52,440 bases of DNA from an uncultured Bacilli bacterium (GTDB lineage: Bacteria; Bacillota_I; Bacilli_A; RF39; UBA660), in the NCBI GenBank assembly GCA_947629125.1, contig CANRCO010000001.1:1-52440 (forward strand), written 5' to 3'. The translations under genes and the position numbers were made by a program. The notes under the pieces were generated by a model, which had not been told where the DNA came from, searched no databases, and saw only the letters and a program-made list of their open reading frames with translations. Positions within the stretch are counted from its first letter, which is position 1, and each line of letters begins with the position of its first letter. Below, piece after piece: positions 1 to 9,047 of the stretch.

Positions 1-2
1 TA

Positions 3-34
3 ACAAAAAAGAAGTAAGAATAATAACTTACTTC
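3..34 (-). terminator. Candidate rho-independent terminator after the P-loop kinase gene
   Basis: Inverted repeat gaagtaag (11-18) / cttacttc (27-34) with an 8-nt loop. On the minus strand the hairpin is followed by TTTTTTGTTA. Confidence 0.45.
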
Positions 35-110
35 CTATCGTGGAAAGTTCCATTTACACAGAAATTTTTACACACTCTAAAAAACTCTAATCAATAATTT
101 TCATTACTCT

Positions 111-701
111 TTAATGAATCTTTTTTATTTGTTCTAATAACTTTTCAACTTGACTATCTAATTCTTGGTCAGTTTTAACTTCAAAAAATATTTTTTCTTT
201 AGGAAAAATTCTAGTTTTTAACTCTTCTAAATAACTATAATAACTTTCTGTAGTAGCACGAGAATAATTATCATCTTTTCCAAACTGACTTTGACGTTTC
301 TTAAGTCTTTCAATTATTAAACTTTGATTACATGTTAAGTTTATATAAAAGCAATTTATATTTAATTGTTGAGCCTTTTTAGTAATTATTTCATGTTGCC
401 GAATAGCATTTGCATCTAATATTACACTTGATTTATTTTTAATCAAATATTCTATTTGCAAATATGCTAAATTATGAACTAGTTCTTGATTCGTTGGATC
501 AAGACCTTTAGTTTCTAAAAATCTTCTTGTTCTATCGTTGGACACAATTGGAATATTTGCCTTTTTAGAAATAAGTTTAGCTAAATAGGATTTTCCATAA
601 CCATGACCACCAATTAAACAAATAATATATGGTTTTTCAAATACCGTAATTTTATAATCTTTAATTAATTCCTCTAATAAATTATTATAATCTATTTTCA
701 T
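111..701 (-). CDS. Small P-loop NTPase / predicted kinase (AAA_33- or zeta-toxin-like size and layout), substrate unknown
   Basis: 196-aa ORF with a TAA stop. Walker A-like GGHGYGKS lies about 30 aa from the N-terminus, followed by a nucleotide-kinase-sized body. Confidence 0.6.
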   Translation of the reverse strand: MKIDYNNLLEELIKDYKITVFEKPYIICLIGGHGYGKSYLAKLISKKANIPIVSNDRTRRFLETKGLDPTNQELVHNLAYLQIEYLIKNKSSVILDANAIRQHEIITKKAQQLNINCFYINLTCNQSLIIERLKKRQSQFGKDDNYSRATTESYYSYLEELKTRIFPKEKIFFEVKTDQELDSQVEKLLEQIKKIH

Positions 702-730
702 TAAATACCTCCATTTTTTAGGATTTTAAC

Positions 731-892
731 CTAAAGTTTTTCTTTATTCAAAGATAATGCTAATTTTTCAAATAATAGTGAATCTCGTTGTCTTTGTAAT
801 TTTCTTACACTCCAACGCGAATTAATAGTTCCAGAAGCTTTTAAACTGTTTTCAATTTATTTATCAATTAATCTTGATTTATAATGAGTCAT
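731..892 (-). pseudogene. Decayed gene remnant with an in-frame stop
   Basis: ATG at 890-892 gives MTHYKSRLIDK, then TAA (857-859). The same frame continues IENSLKASGTINSRWSVRKLQRQRDSLLFEKLALSLNKEKL*. The W-S-V-R-x-L-x-R-Q segment resembles the N-terminal domain of DUF1016/YhcG-type nucleases. The remnant is far too short to be functional. Confidence 0.35.
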
Positions 893-940
893 TTAGAATC
901 AACTACCTTTATAATAATTACATTAACTTGTTTTTTTCCA

Positions 941-1009
941 TTACATTGGATGATTTTTTTTGGTTTCATTGGATGAAATTTCTGATTTTCATTGGATGAT
1001 ATTTTTTAA
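941..1009. repeat. Three direct repeats with 23-bp period, core (T)TTCATTGGATGA
   Basis: cattggatga occurs at 944-953, 967-976 and 990-999. Copies 2 and 3 share tttcattggatga; copy 1 is ttacattggatga. A 23-bp period is not a multiple of 3. The repeats lie just 3' of the GT4 gene stop at 1012. Confidence 0.7.
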
Positions 1010-1011
1010 TT

Positions 1012-2085
1012 TTATTTAAATAATTTATCCCACAATTTTAATATTTTATCTTTATTATAAATATCTTTAATTTTTTTAGCATTAGTAGATAATTTCTTTC
1101 TTAAAGATTCATCTAATAATAATTCTTTCATAGCTAAAGCTAATTCTAATTCATTATTTTTAGCTACAATTATGCCATTTTCTTTATTAGAAATAATATC
1201 TTTTATTACTTCACAACAATTAGTACTAATACAAGGTAAAGATAAGTACATAGCTTCAAGTACTGCATTAGGCATCCCTTCATAATTGCTAGCTAAAACA
1301 AACATTTCAGCATCATATATTTTAGAATAAACATCTTTAACCCCACAATTAATAAATACCCTATCTTCTAAATGAAGTTTTTTAACTAAATCATCTAAAT
1401 CATTTTTTAATTTACCATTACCATAAATATTTAAAGTATAATTAGGAAATTCATTTGCTATTTTACTAAAAGCTTTAATTAAAAGTTGTTGATTCTTTTG
1501 TTTATTAAGACGCCCTACACTGACAATATCTTTTCTTCTTTTATAAACTTTTTTATGAAAATTTAATTCAATATAATTAGGAATAACAACTAATTTTTTC
1601 TTAAAACTACTTGGTAAAAATTCTTCATATGCAGCAGTTTGTAAAATAATCTTATCAGCTTTCTTATAATAATAATTACGAATTATTTTAGAACAAGGAA
1701 ACTCTTTACTAGGATGATTACGAATAGCAATCATAAATTTAATATTTTTAAAATATTTTTTTAATTTCATTAAACGAATAGATGGTTCAGGTAAAAAAGC
1801 TATTACAATATCCGGATTAATTTTTTCAATCACTTCTTTTAACTTAATAGTTCTTTTATTAGATATTTTAGTAACTAGTTTTTTTAAAAAAGATTCATTT
1901 ATTTTATTAGTTTTATCTAAATTAATTAAATTAACTTTACTATCTAATTCATAATAACATTTTTCATTATGATTAGTTACTATAGTAATACTATATTTAT
2001 TACAAAAATAATTAGCTAAATTAGCAATAACTCTTTCAGTACCACCATAAGTCATACCCATTGTATAAAATATAATCTTTTTCAT
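1012..2085 (-). CDS. Glycosyltransferase, GT4 (GT-B fold) family
   Basis: 357 aa. The N-terminal MGMTYGGTERV and the C-terminal EGMPNAVLEAM (E-x7-E) motif are typical of GT4 retaining glycosyltransferases. Confidence 0.85.
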   Translation of the reverse strand: MKKIIFYTMGMTYGGTERVIANLANYFCNKYSITIVTNHNEKCYYELDSKVNLINLDKTNKINESFLKKLVTKISNKRTIKLKEVIEKINPDIVIAFLPEPSIRLMKLKKYFKNIKFMIAIRNHPSKEFPCSKIIRNYYYKKADKIILQTAAYEEFLPSSFKKKLVVIPNYIELNFHKKVYKRRKDIVSVGRLNKQKNQQLLIKAFSKIANEFPNYTLNIYGNGKLKNDLDDLVKKLHLEDRVFINCGVKDVYSKIYDAEMFVLASNYEGMPNAVLEAMYLSLPCISTNCCEVIKDIISNKENGIIVAKNNELELALAMKELLLDESLRKKLSTNAKKIKDIYNKDKILKLWDKLFK

Positions 2086-2130
2086 AAACTACATCCTTTG
2101 TTTAATTATTATACTATAAATAATTTACTA

Positions 2131-2164
2131 ACAAAAGAAAAAGCAGTTTACTAAAACTACTTTT
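2131..2164 (-). terminator. Candidate terminator ending the three-gene secreted-protein operon
   Basis: Stem agcagttt (2142-2149) / aaactact (2154-2161) has one mismatch. On the minus strand it is followed by TTTTTCTTTTGT. It sits immediately after the stop at 2172. Confidence 0.45.
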
Positions 2165-2171
2165 AATTAAT

Positions 2172-3785
2172 TTATTCATCAAATATTATAAATGGGTCAT
2201 TTTTACTTCCATCGCCACTTATTATTTTAACATCAGGTTTCAAATACACCACCGGTTGAGCAATAAACTTTTTACAAGAATCATTATCATCATTACAATT
2301 ATAATATCCTTGAGAAACGTTAACATTACTTAACATAGAATTTTCTTCAGTATTGTTAGGTGCAGTAACTACATTCATATTAGTCCGAAGTGGACTATTA
2401 TAATCATATGAATATATTGAAGAAATTGTCCAACTTGCTCCTATATTTGAATTATTTTTATATAACCAATTATTATTATAGCATTCACTATCGACATAAC
2501 TATTTGTTAAACATTCATCTCTAGATTTTATTTTACTGCCTGAGGATGCAAATAAATAATCGCTAGGATACATTAAACCTACATAACCTATCCAAGTATC
2601 ATCAAATTTATCTTTTCGTTCTAAATTATAAATATTATTTGCATTAGTATTTGAAAGATAAATGGTTTCTTCATTTAATGAATTTATATAATATACTGAA
2701 CGTTCAATAATACTCTTACTTTTATCGTTAATTGTATTATATAATTCTGATATGCCTCTAGTTATAATATTACCATAAGAATCCCCTTTATCACTTGTTT
2801 TTAAAAATGTAAAATATACATCATAATTTATACCATTTAAATCCACTACTTCTAATGGATTTAAATATGCCATAAGTTGACTTTCGCGCCAATCATTCCA
2901 ATAATATTCTTTTTTTAAATGGTTTCGCATCTTATAAGATCGTTTGTTATCCCATTCTGATGTGCTTATAGGATTATCTCTGATTATTTTAAGTTTTCTT
3001 GTTCTATTATCAGAATCGGTTACAACTTTAACATTATTCATAACTCCAATGATTCGCCATAGTTCATTATTAAATAAAATATAATTATTAGGATCTGCTC
3101 CAATATAACGATAATTATGATCATCTGTTTCATCATCAATTATTTCACTTGATTTTTTTGATAAAGCTATAATTTTAGTAGTTGCGTTTTGAGGTTTTAT
3201 GGCTAGACCATATATGGATATTTTACCTTCATATACTTTTTCCATTTCACTTTCTGGTGTGTCTTCATCCATCCATATTCTTAAAATATGTTGTTTTGTT
3301 GAACCATTTTGACCAACAGGAGCTAAATAAGAACTTTTTAAAGTTCTTGTATCATAAGCTATTTTTTGACCTAATAGCGTAGGAGCAATATTATAATTTC
3401 CAATAGTATTGATTGGTTCATTATCAATTATTGCATTTAAATACTTTAAACTTAGATAACCATCTTGTGCGGTATCAGAAATATTTAAACTTTCTAAATT
3501 GATATTATATTCTACATAATTATTACATTTATTTGTTAAAGTAAACGTAAATCCTTTAGTATTTTTTCCTTCTTCATCTATCATTGGAAAGGCATCTTCT
3601 AATGTTATGGCATCTGTATTTTCTGTAAAATCTAATTCAATACAAGAGGAAGCAACATTATTTTGATTATTTTGATGTTTAGATACAGTCCAAAATGCAT
3701 ATGTACCACTTAATAATAAAATTGTAATTATTAATATAGAAGATAAAATAATTATATTCTTTTTATTTAAAATTTTTTCTTTCAT
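2172..3785 (-). CDS. Secreted two-domain protein, paralog A of a five-member family (function unknown)
   Basis: 537 aa. The N-terminal basic and hydrophobic segment ends in GTYAFWT, which resembles a SipW-cognate-type signal motif. Family motifs present: LWRIIGVMNN, GLMYPSDY, and a C-terminal PVVYLKPDVKIISGDGSKNDPF. The GGAGG RBS (3793-3797) overlaps the stop of the upstream paralog. Confidence 0.9.
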   Translation of the reverse strand: MKEKILNKKNIIILSSILIITILLLSGTYAFWTVSKHQNNQNNVASSCIELDFTENTDAITLEDAFPMIDEEGKNTKGFTFTLTNKCNNYVEYNINLESLNISDTAQDGYLSLKYLNAIIDNEPINTIGNYNIAPTLLGQKIAYDTRTLKSSYLAPVGQNGSTKQHILRIWMDEDTPESEMEKVYEGKISIYGLAIKPQNATTKIIALSKKSSEIIDDETDDHNYRYIGADPNNYILFNNELWRIIGVMNNVKVVTDSDNRTRKLKIIRDNPISTSEWDNKRSYKMRNHLKKEYYWNDWRESQLMAYLNPLEVVDLNGINYDVYFTFLKTSDKGDSYGNIITRGISELYNTINDKSKSIIERSVYYINSLNEETIYLSNTNANNIYNLERKDKFDDTWIGYVGLMYPSDYLFASSGSKIKSRDECLTNSYVDSECYNNNWLYKNNSNIGASWTISSIYSYDYNSPLRTNMNVVTAPNNTEENSMLSNVNVSQGYYNCNDDNDSCKKFIAQPVVYLKPDVKIISGDGSKNDPFIIFDE

Positions 3786-3796
3786 TTTTTTACCTC

Positions 3797-5497
3797 CTAT
3801 AAACTTATTTTAAATGGATTTTCTTTTGTTCCTGTTCCACTTATTATTTTGACATTAGATTTTAAATATAGTACAGGGCGAACACTAAAATAAGATTGGA
3901 ATATGTTACCATTAGGGAAGACTTCATTACAGGACATACGTGCAGCATCGTAAACTGATCCCGCATATGGATTTAACATCAGTTGACCTTCTGATAATGG
4001 ATCAAATAGCCAGTTATTCTCATAACAATCTTCTAAGTCGCTCCAATTATATAATTCTTTTTTTAAACATGTATCTTTTGTTATTTTTGTACCTCCACTT
4101 GTAGCATAACCATAATCACTTGGGTACATTAATCCGATATAACCTGTCCATGTTGATTTATTTCCTGTATAAATTGAACTACTACGTTCTTTTGTATAAT
4201 AATCTAAAGCTGTGGCGGGAGAATATTCATCATAAGAATTAAATCCTCCTAAATGCCACAAGACTTCACCTATATATTTTTTGCTTTCCGCATTCAAACC
4301 TTCTTTGCTAAAATCTAAGTATTCCCAGTTGTTTGAGAATGTATTATTTTCTTTATTATATTCATAAATATAGTTTTTTGTAGTAGTTGTTGACTTATTC
4401 CAAAATGCTTCGTTTAAAGTTTTATTTAAACTAGCTTCTTCCCAGTTGTTTTTGTATGTACAATTATTACATTCTACTTCTTGATCATTTGTGGTTTTAG
4501 CATCCCATGCAATTCTTCCTATATCTTCATCTCTTATTATTTTTAATCTTGGTTTATTGTCACTACTAGTAGTATATCCATCATTCATTACTCCGATAAT
4601 ACGCCATAAGATTGGGTCGCCTTTTTTATGTAGTTGAGTACATTGCTTATTATATTTTGTATTTTTACTACACTCTTCATAAGAATGATATTCTACTGTA
4701 TCCCTACATATATCTGTTGAATCATGTCCAATCCATATATCTGTTGGATATTCACCATTTTCAACATCTATATAATTATTAGGTGCTTTACCAATATAAC
4801 GAATGTTTTTATCTTTTGTATCATCATAGATTAATTCAGAAATAATTTTATCTTCTGCTAATATTTTAATGAAATCAGTTATTTTCATGTTATATACTAA
4901 TTTTGAAGAAGTATAACCATAAATTGAAATTTTACTTTTATAAAATTTATTCATTTCACTTTTAGAAGTGCTTTCATCTAACCAAATCTTTAAAGTATAT
5001 TCTTTAGATTTATTTGGTACTAATATATCTGTTTTTATCAATCTAGTATCATAGCTTTCATTATCAGGCAATTGAGTTTTTTGTAATTTTTGATTACTTA
5101 TCTTTATAATTCCTGTATCAGAATTATTACTATCATTAAGGTTTATTTTAATACTATCTATATCAAGCCTATTATTTTTTTCTACATCAGATAAACTTTC
5201 TAAATTTATATCATATTCAACTATTGAGTTACATGTATTAGTTATTTTAAATGCATATCCAGGATTATCTAAACCTTGATCATCGGTCATTGGTACTTCA
5301 CCAATTAAATTTATACCTTCTGATATATCTTGGTAATCGATATCAAGGCAACTTGTTCCGGCAACATTTTTATCTTTTTGTTTGTCAGTAGTAGTCCATA
5401 AAGAATAAGAAACACCTAAAATTAGAACTATTATAACAAGAAATATTAAAATTATTTTAGGTTTAGTTATTTTTTGTAAAATTTCTTTAAATTTCAT
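3797..5497 (-). CDS. Secreted two-domain protein, paralog B
   Basis: 566 aa. The signal-like N-terminus ends in VSYSLWTTTD. Family motifs present: ILWRIIGVMN, IGLMYPSDYGYATSGG, VRPVLYLKSNVKIISGTGTKENPF. The start lies 2 nt after the stop of paralog C, with GGAGG (5504-5508) inside the last codons of C. Confidence 0.9.
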   Translation of the reverse strand: MKFKEILQKITKPKIILIFLVIIVLILGVSYSLWTTTDKQKDKNVAGTSCLDIDYQDISEGINLIGEVPMTDDQGLDNPGYAFKITNTCNSIVEYDINLESLSDVEKNNRLDIDSIKINLNDSNNSDTGIIKISNQKLQKTQLPDNESYDTRLIKTDILVPNKSKEYTLKIWLDESTSKSEMNKFYKSKISIYGYTSSKLVYNMKITDFIKILAEDKIISELIYDDTKDKNIRYIGKAPNNYIDVENGEYPTDIWIGHDSTDICRDTVEYHSYEECSKNTKYNKQCTQLHKKGDPILWRIIGVMNDGYTTSSDNKPRLKIIRDEDIGRIAWDAKTTNDQEVECNNCTYKNNWEEASLNKTLNEAFWNKSTTTTKNYIYEYNKENNTFSNNWEYLDFSKEGLNAESKKYIGEVLWHLGGFNSYDEYSPATALDYYTKERSSSIYTGNKSTWTGYIGLMYPSDYGYATSGGTKITKDTCLKKELYNWSDLEDCYENNWLFDPLSEGQLMLNPYAGSVYDAARMSCNEVFPNGNIFQSYFSVRPVLYLKSNVKIISGTGTKENPFKISL

Positions 5498-5499
5498 TG

Positions 5500-7266
5500 T
5501 TAACCTCCTAATCCTATTTTAAATGGATTTTCTTTAGTTCCTGTTCCACTAATTATTTTAATATCAGGCTTTAAATACAAAACAGGGTGAACAAGATACG
5601 TATGATGTGTGACGCCGTAGTCCACGCCGCCACCATCATTAATATACGTCACGTAGTCACTGAAGCTAGTAAATGGAGAAATTGTCCATTGAAAAGCTCC
5701 TTCTCCTTGATATAACCAATCATTATCTCGACATCCTACATTTTCATCATAATAATACCAATCATCTAATGGAACAGACATGCAGGTTTCTAATGGTGTT
5801 GTATATTGTTTATTACTCCGTGTTTCTAGCCCAACTCCTCCAGCTGTTGCAAACCCGTAGTCACTAGGATACATTAAACCGATTTGTCCTATCCATTCTT
5901 TTTGATTTCCTGGATATACATAATCACTTCGCTCAATATTATAGAATAAATTTGATGTTAAATTACCATAATAATTTTCTTTGCTACTACTCCGATCCGG
6001 TCCACCTAAGTTATATTTTACAGTATCTATCATATTTCTATATTCTGATTTTATTCCTTTGTTAGTAAAATCTATTTTTTCATATTTAAGATTTATATCA
6101 CTAAATCCTTTTGTATACCATGATATTCTATTATATTCATTTGATTTTGCACTATTTAAATACGCTGTATTTAATAATTTTTGTAAGCTAGATTCTGCCC
6201 AATTATTATAATAATCTGGGGATTGTATACAATGTCCTGGTTCATCTTCACTACGTAATTCATCACAACGTCTATCCCATGATATTTGTCCTATACCATC
6301 AGCTCTTATTAATTTTATCCTTGTATTTTTATTGCCACTACCATCTTCAACATTATTCATTACTCCGATAATGCGCCATAAGATTGGGTCGCCTTGAGAA
6401 TGCATTTTTGTACATCTTTTATTATATTTTAAGTCATCTTCACATTCTTGTTCGTTTGGAAATTGTTTTACTCCACTAGTATAGCTAACACCATCAAATC
6501 CATACCATACATCAGTATCATATTGACCATCACCAAAATCAACATAGTTATTTGGATTTTTACCTATGTATCTTAAATTATGGTCCTCTGTTTCGTCTAA
6601 TCTTAATTCTGAATTAATACTTTTACCAACTAAGTTAGAAATAAAATCAGTAAATTTCATATTGTAAACAACATTTGGATTAAAATAACCATTGATTGTT
6701 ATTTTACTATTATGTAATTTATTCATTTCACTATTTGGAGCACTATAATCTAACCATATTTTTAAATTAAATTCACGTGAACTATTAGGCATAACAAAAG
6801 TAGAATCAATTAATCTAGTATCATAACTTTCACCTTCAGTTAATAATGTAGTAGCTTTATCATAATTATTTAAAGTTTTGGCAGTATAAGCCATCATATT
6901 AGTATCAGTTACTACAGCATCCAAATAATCTATGCTAGCTCTACTTTCATCTGGTACTTCTGTTAAACTTTCTAAATTGATATCAATTGCAACAATTTGG
7001 TCACAATTATTAGTTATTTTAAATGTATAACCTTCTTGATTAAGTCCATTTTCTATATTAGTTGGCTCTAAATTTTCTAAATTAATACCTTCATTAATAT
7101 CTTCATAATCAATATCTAAACAAGTTGCAGTTAATGTATTTTCATCTTTTTGATGAGTTGTTGTTGTCCATAATGCTAAAGATACTCCGCCAACTAAAAG
7201 AATTATTCCAAGACATATAACAATAATATATTTTTTCTTTTTACTTTTTATTTCATCATTGTTCAT
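5500..7266 (-). CDS. Secreted two-domain protein, paralog C
   Basis: 588 aa. The N-terminus contains KSKKKKYIIVICLGIILLVGGVSLALWTTTT. It carries the same family motifs (ILWRIIGVMNNVEDG, IGLMYPSDYGFATAGG, VHPVLYLKPDIKIISGTGTKENPF). Confidence 0.9.
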   Translation of the reverse strand: MNNDEIKSKKKKYIIVICLGIILLVGGVSLALWTTTTHQKDENTLTATCLDIDYEDINEGINLENLEPTNIENGLNQEGYTFKITNNCDQIVAIDINLESLTEVPDESRASIDYLDAVVTDTNMMAYTAKTLNNYDKATTLLTEGESYDTRLIDSTFVMPNSSREFNLKIWLDYSAPNSEMNKLHNSKITINGYFNPNVVYNMKFTDFISNLVGKSINSELRLDETEDHNLRYIGKNPNNYVDFGDGQYDTDVWYGFDGVSYTSGVKQFPNEQECEDDLKYNKRCTKMHSQGDPILWRIIGVMNNVEDGSGNKNTRIKLIRADGIGQISWDRRCDELRSEDEPGHCIQSPDYYNNWAESSLQKLLNTAYLNSAKSNEYNRISWYTKGFSDINLKYEKIDFTNKGIKSEYRNMIDTVKYNLGGPDRSSSKENYYGNLTSNLFYNIERSDYVYPGNQKEWIGQIGLMYPSDYGFATAGGVGLETRSNKQYTTPLETCMSVPLDDWYYYDENVGCRDNDWLYQGEGAFQWTISPFTSFSDYVTYINDGGGVDYGVTHHTYLVHPVLYLKPDIKIISGTGTKENPFKIGLGG

Positions 7267-7335
7267 TAGACGAACTCCTCTTTACTGCTAGTATTAACAA
7301 AAACGTTTGTTAAATACCTTTTTTACTCTAAATTA

Positions 7336-7364
7336 ATTATAAAATAATTATAGGGTATTTGCAA
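7336..7364 (-). promoter_or_regulatory. Candidate sigma-A-type promoter for the paralog C-B-A operon
   Basis: On the minus strand: TTGCAA (7359-7364), a 17-nt spacer, then TATAAT (7336-7341). It lies about 70 nt upstream of the ATG at 7266. TATAAT-like hexamers are frequent by chance in AT-rich DNA. Confidence 0.4.
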
Positions 7365-7383
7365 GTATCTTATTTAAAAATCC

Positions 7384-7412
7384 ATAAAAAAAGAAATGAT
7401 TTTTCATTTCTT
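7384..7412 (-). terminator. Candidate terminator after the ABC exporter gene (the hairpin contains its TGA stop)
   Basis: Inverted repeat agaaatga / tcatttct spans roughly 7392-7409. On the minus strand it is followed by TTTTTTTATGG. Confidence 0.5.
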
Positions 7413-9047
7413 TAAAACTAATTTTTTATTTTTTAGTGTATAGATTAAATCAGCATTAAGAGCCATTTTATTATCATGAGTTATCATAATAATTGTCATT
7501 TTATTTTTTAATTTAACTAGGACTTGAGCTATTTGTTCACTAGAAGTACTATCTAAACTACTAGTTATTTCATCTAAAAGTAATATTTTAGTTTTACTAA
7601 GTAATGCCCGAGCTATTGCTAAGCGTTGTTTTTCTCCCCCACTTAAAATACTAGCATCTTCACCAATAACAGTATCATAACCTTTTTCTAAAGATTTAAT
7701 TTTTTTATCTAGCCCAACTAATTTACATACTTTTTTTATATTATTAAAGTCTTCATCAATCATGCTTAAATTTTCTTTAATACTTAAATTAAAAATATAT
7801 GGTTGTTGGGTTACTAAAGCAATATTACTTCGAATACTTTCTTCATCTAACTCATTTAATAAAGCATTATCAATATAAATTTTACCAGCAGTTGGTGTAT
7901 ATAATTTAGTAATTAAATTAAATATTGTTGTTTTACCTATGCCACTTGGCCCAACTATTGCTACAAATGATTTAGCATTAATTTTTAAATTAACATCTTT
8001 TAAAATTAAATTATTATCATAACCAAAAGAAACATTTTCTAAAGTAACACTACCTTTCACATTTGTTAATTTTTTATCACCATAGTTTTCGATTTCATAA
8101 TCTAAAACGGAAAATATTCTTTTACTAGCTAAATTAAATTGGCTTAAATAAGTAATTAAAGTAGCAAACTTATTAGAAAAATTAAAGACATTAGTTTTAT
8201 ACATAAATATGATAATAAAATTAGCAGTACTTAATAATTTATATTTAATTAAAAAGATTGCTAAAAAAACCATTAATCCATAAAAAACTGATTCCATAAA
8301 ACGAGCTATTTTATTAGATACTTCTAAATAATAACTACTTTTATATTCTAGTTCTTCGATTTTTTCAAAATTATTATTAGTTTTTAAATCAAATTTATCT
8401 TTTAATTGTAAAGTTTTAATATCTTTATTACCTTTTAATATTTCACTTACTAAAGATGTATTATTATCATTTAATAATAAACTTTGATTATGATAATAAA
8501 TACTTTTTCTTATTCCATAATATCTTATTAAAATTGTACTAATAGATGCTATTAAATAATAGATACCAATTATATAATTTAAATAAAATATATATATTAA
8601 TACTCCAATATTACTTAATGCAATAAGTAAACTTTCTTTAATGTTATTTAAAAAGTTAGCTATACTACGAGTATCATTATTTAATTTATTTAAAATAGTT
8701 CCAGTTAAATTTTCATGAGTTTTAGCATAATTTAAATTTAAAATTTTATTAAAAACTTTTCTTTTTATATTTAAAACAAATTTTTTACGAAAAGTTAAAT
8801 AATTTTTTGCTAACCTTAGATTTAAAAATGTATTAAGTAGTTGTAAACAACCTCCGACTATTGCTAAAATAAATACTATTTTATAATTAGAAGCTAATAT
8901 TTTATTTATAATATTACCATTAATTGAAGGTGTTACTGCTCCTAATATAGCAATTATTAAACCAATTACAATTAAATAAATTATTTCTTTTTGACAATTA
9001 TTTAAAAACTTTATACATTTTTTTAAATTTAAATAAGTATCTTTCAT
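7404..9047 (-). CDS. ABC exporter, fused TMD-NBD half-transporter (MsbA/PglK-like); no C39 peptidase domain
   Basis: 547 aa. The hydrophobic N-terminal half is followed by Walker A GPSGIGKTT, signature LSGGEKQRLAIARAL and Walker B ILLLDEITSSLD. The start overlaps the stop of the upstream GT4 gene by 4 nt. Confidence 0.9.
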   Translation of the reverse strand: MKDTYLNLKKCIKFLNNCQKEIIYLIVIGLIIAILGAVTPSINGNIINKILASNYKIVFILAIVGGCLQLLNTFLNLRLAKNYLTFRKKFVLNIKRKVFNKILNLNYAKTHENLTGTILNKLNNDTRSIANFLNNIKESLLIALSNIGVLIYIFYLNYIIGIYYLIASISTILIRYYGIRKSIYYHNQSLLLNDNNTSLVSEILKGNKDIKTLQLKDKFDLKTNNNFEKIEELEYKSSYYLEVSNKIARFMESVFYGLMVFLAIFLIKYKLLSTANFIIIFMYKTNVFNFSNKFATLITYLSQFNLASKRIFSVLDYEIENYGDKKLTNVKGSVTLENVSFGYDNNLILKDVNLKINAKSFVAIVGPSGIGKTTIFNLITKLYTPTAGKIYIDNALLNELDEESIRSNIALVTQQPYIFNLSIKENLSMIDEDFNNIKKVCKLVGLDKKIKSLEKGYDTVIGEDASILSGGEKQRLAIARALLSKTKILLLDEITSSLDSTSSEQIAQVLVKLKNKMTIIMITHDNKMALNADLIYTLKNKKLVLKK

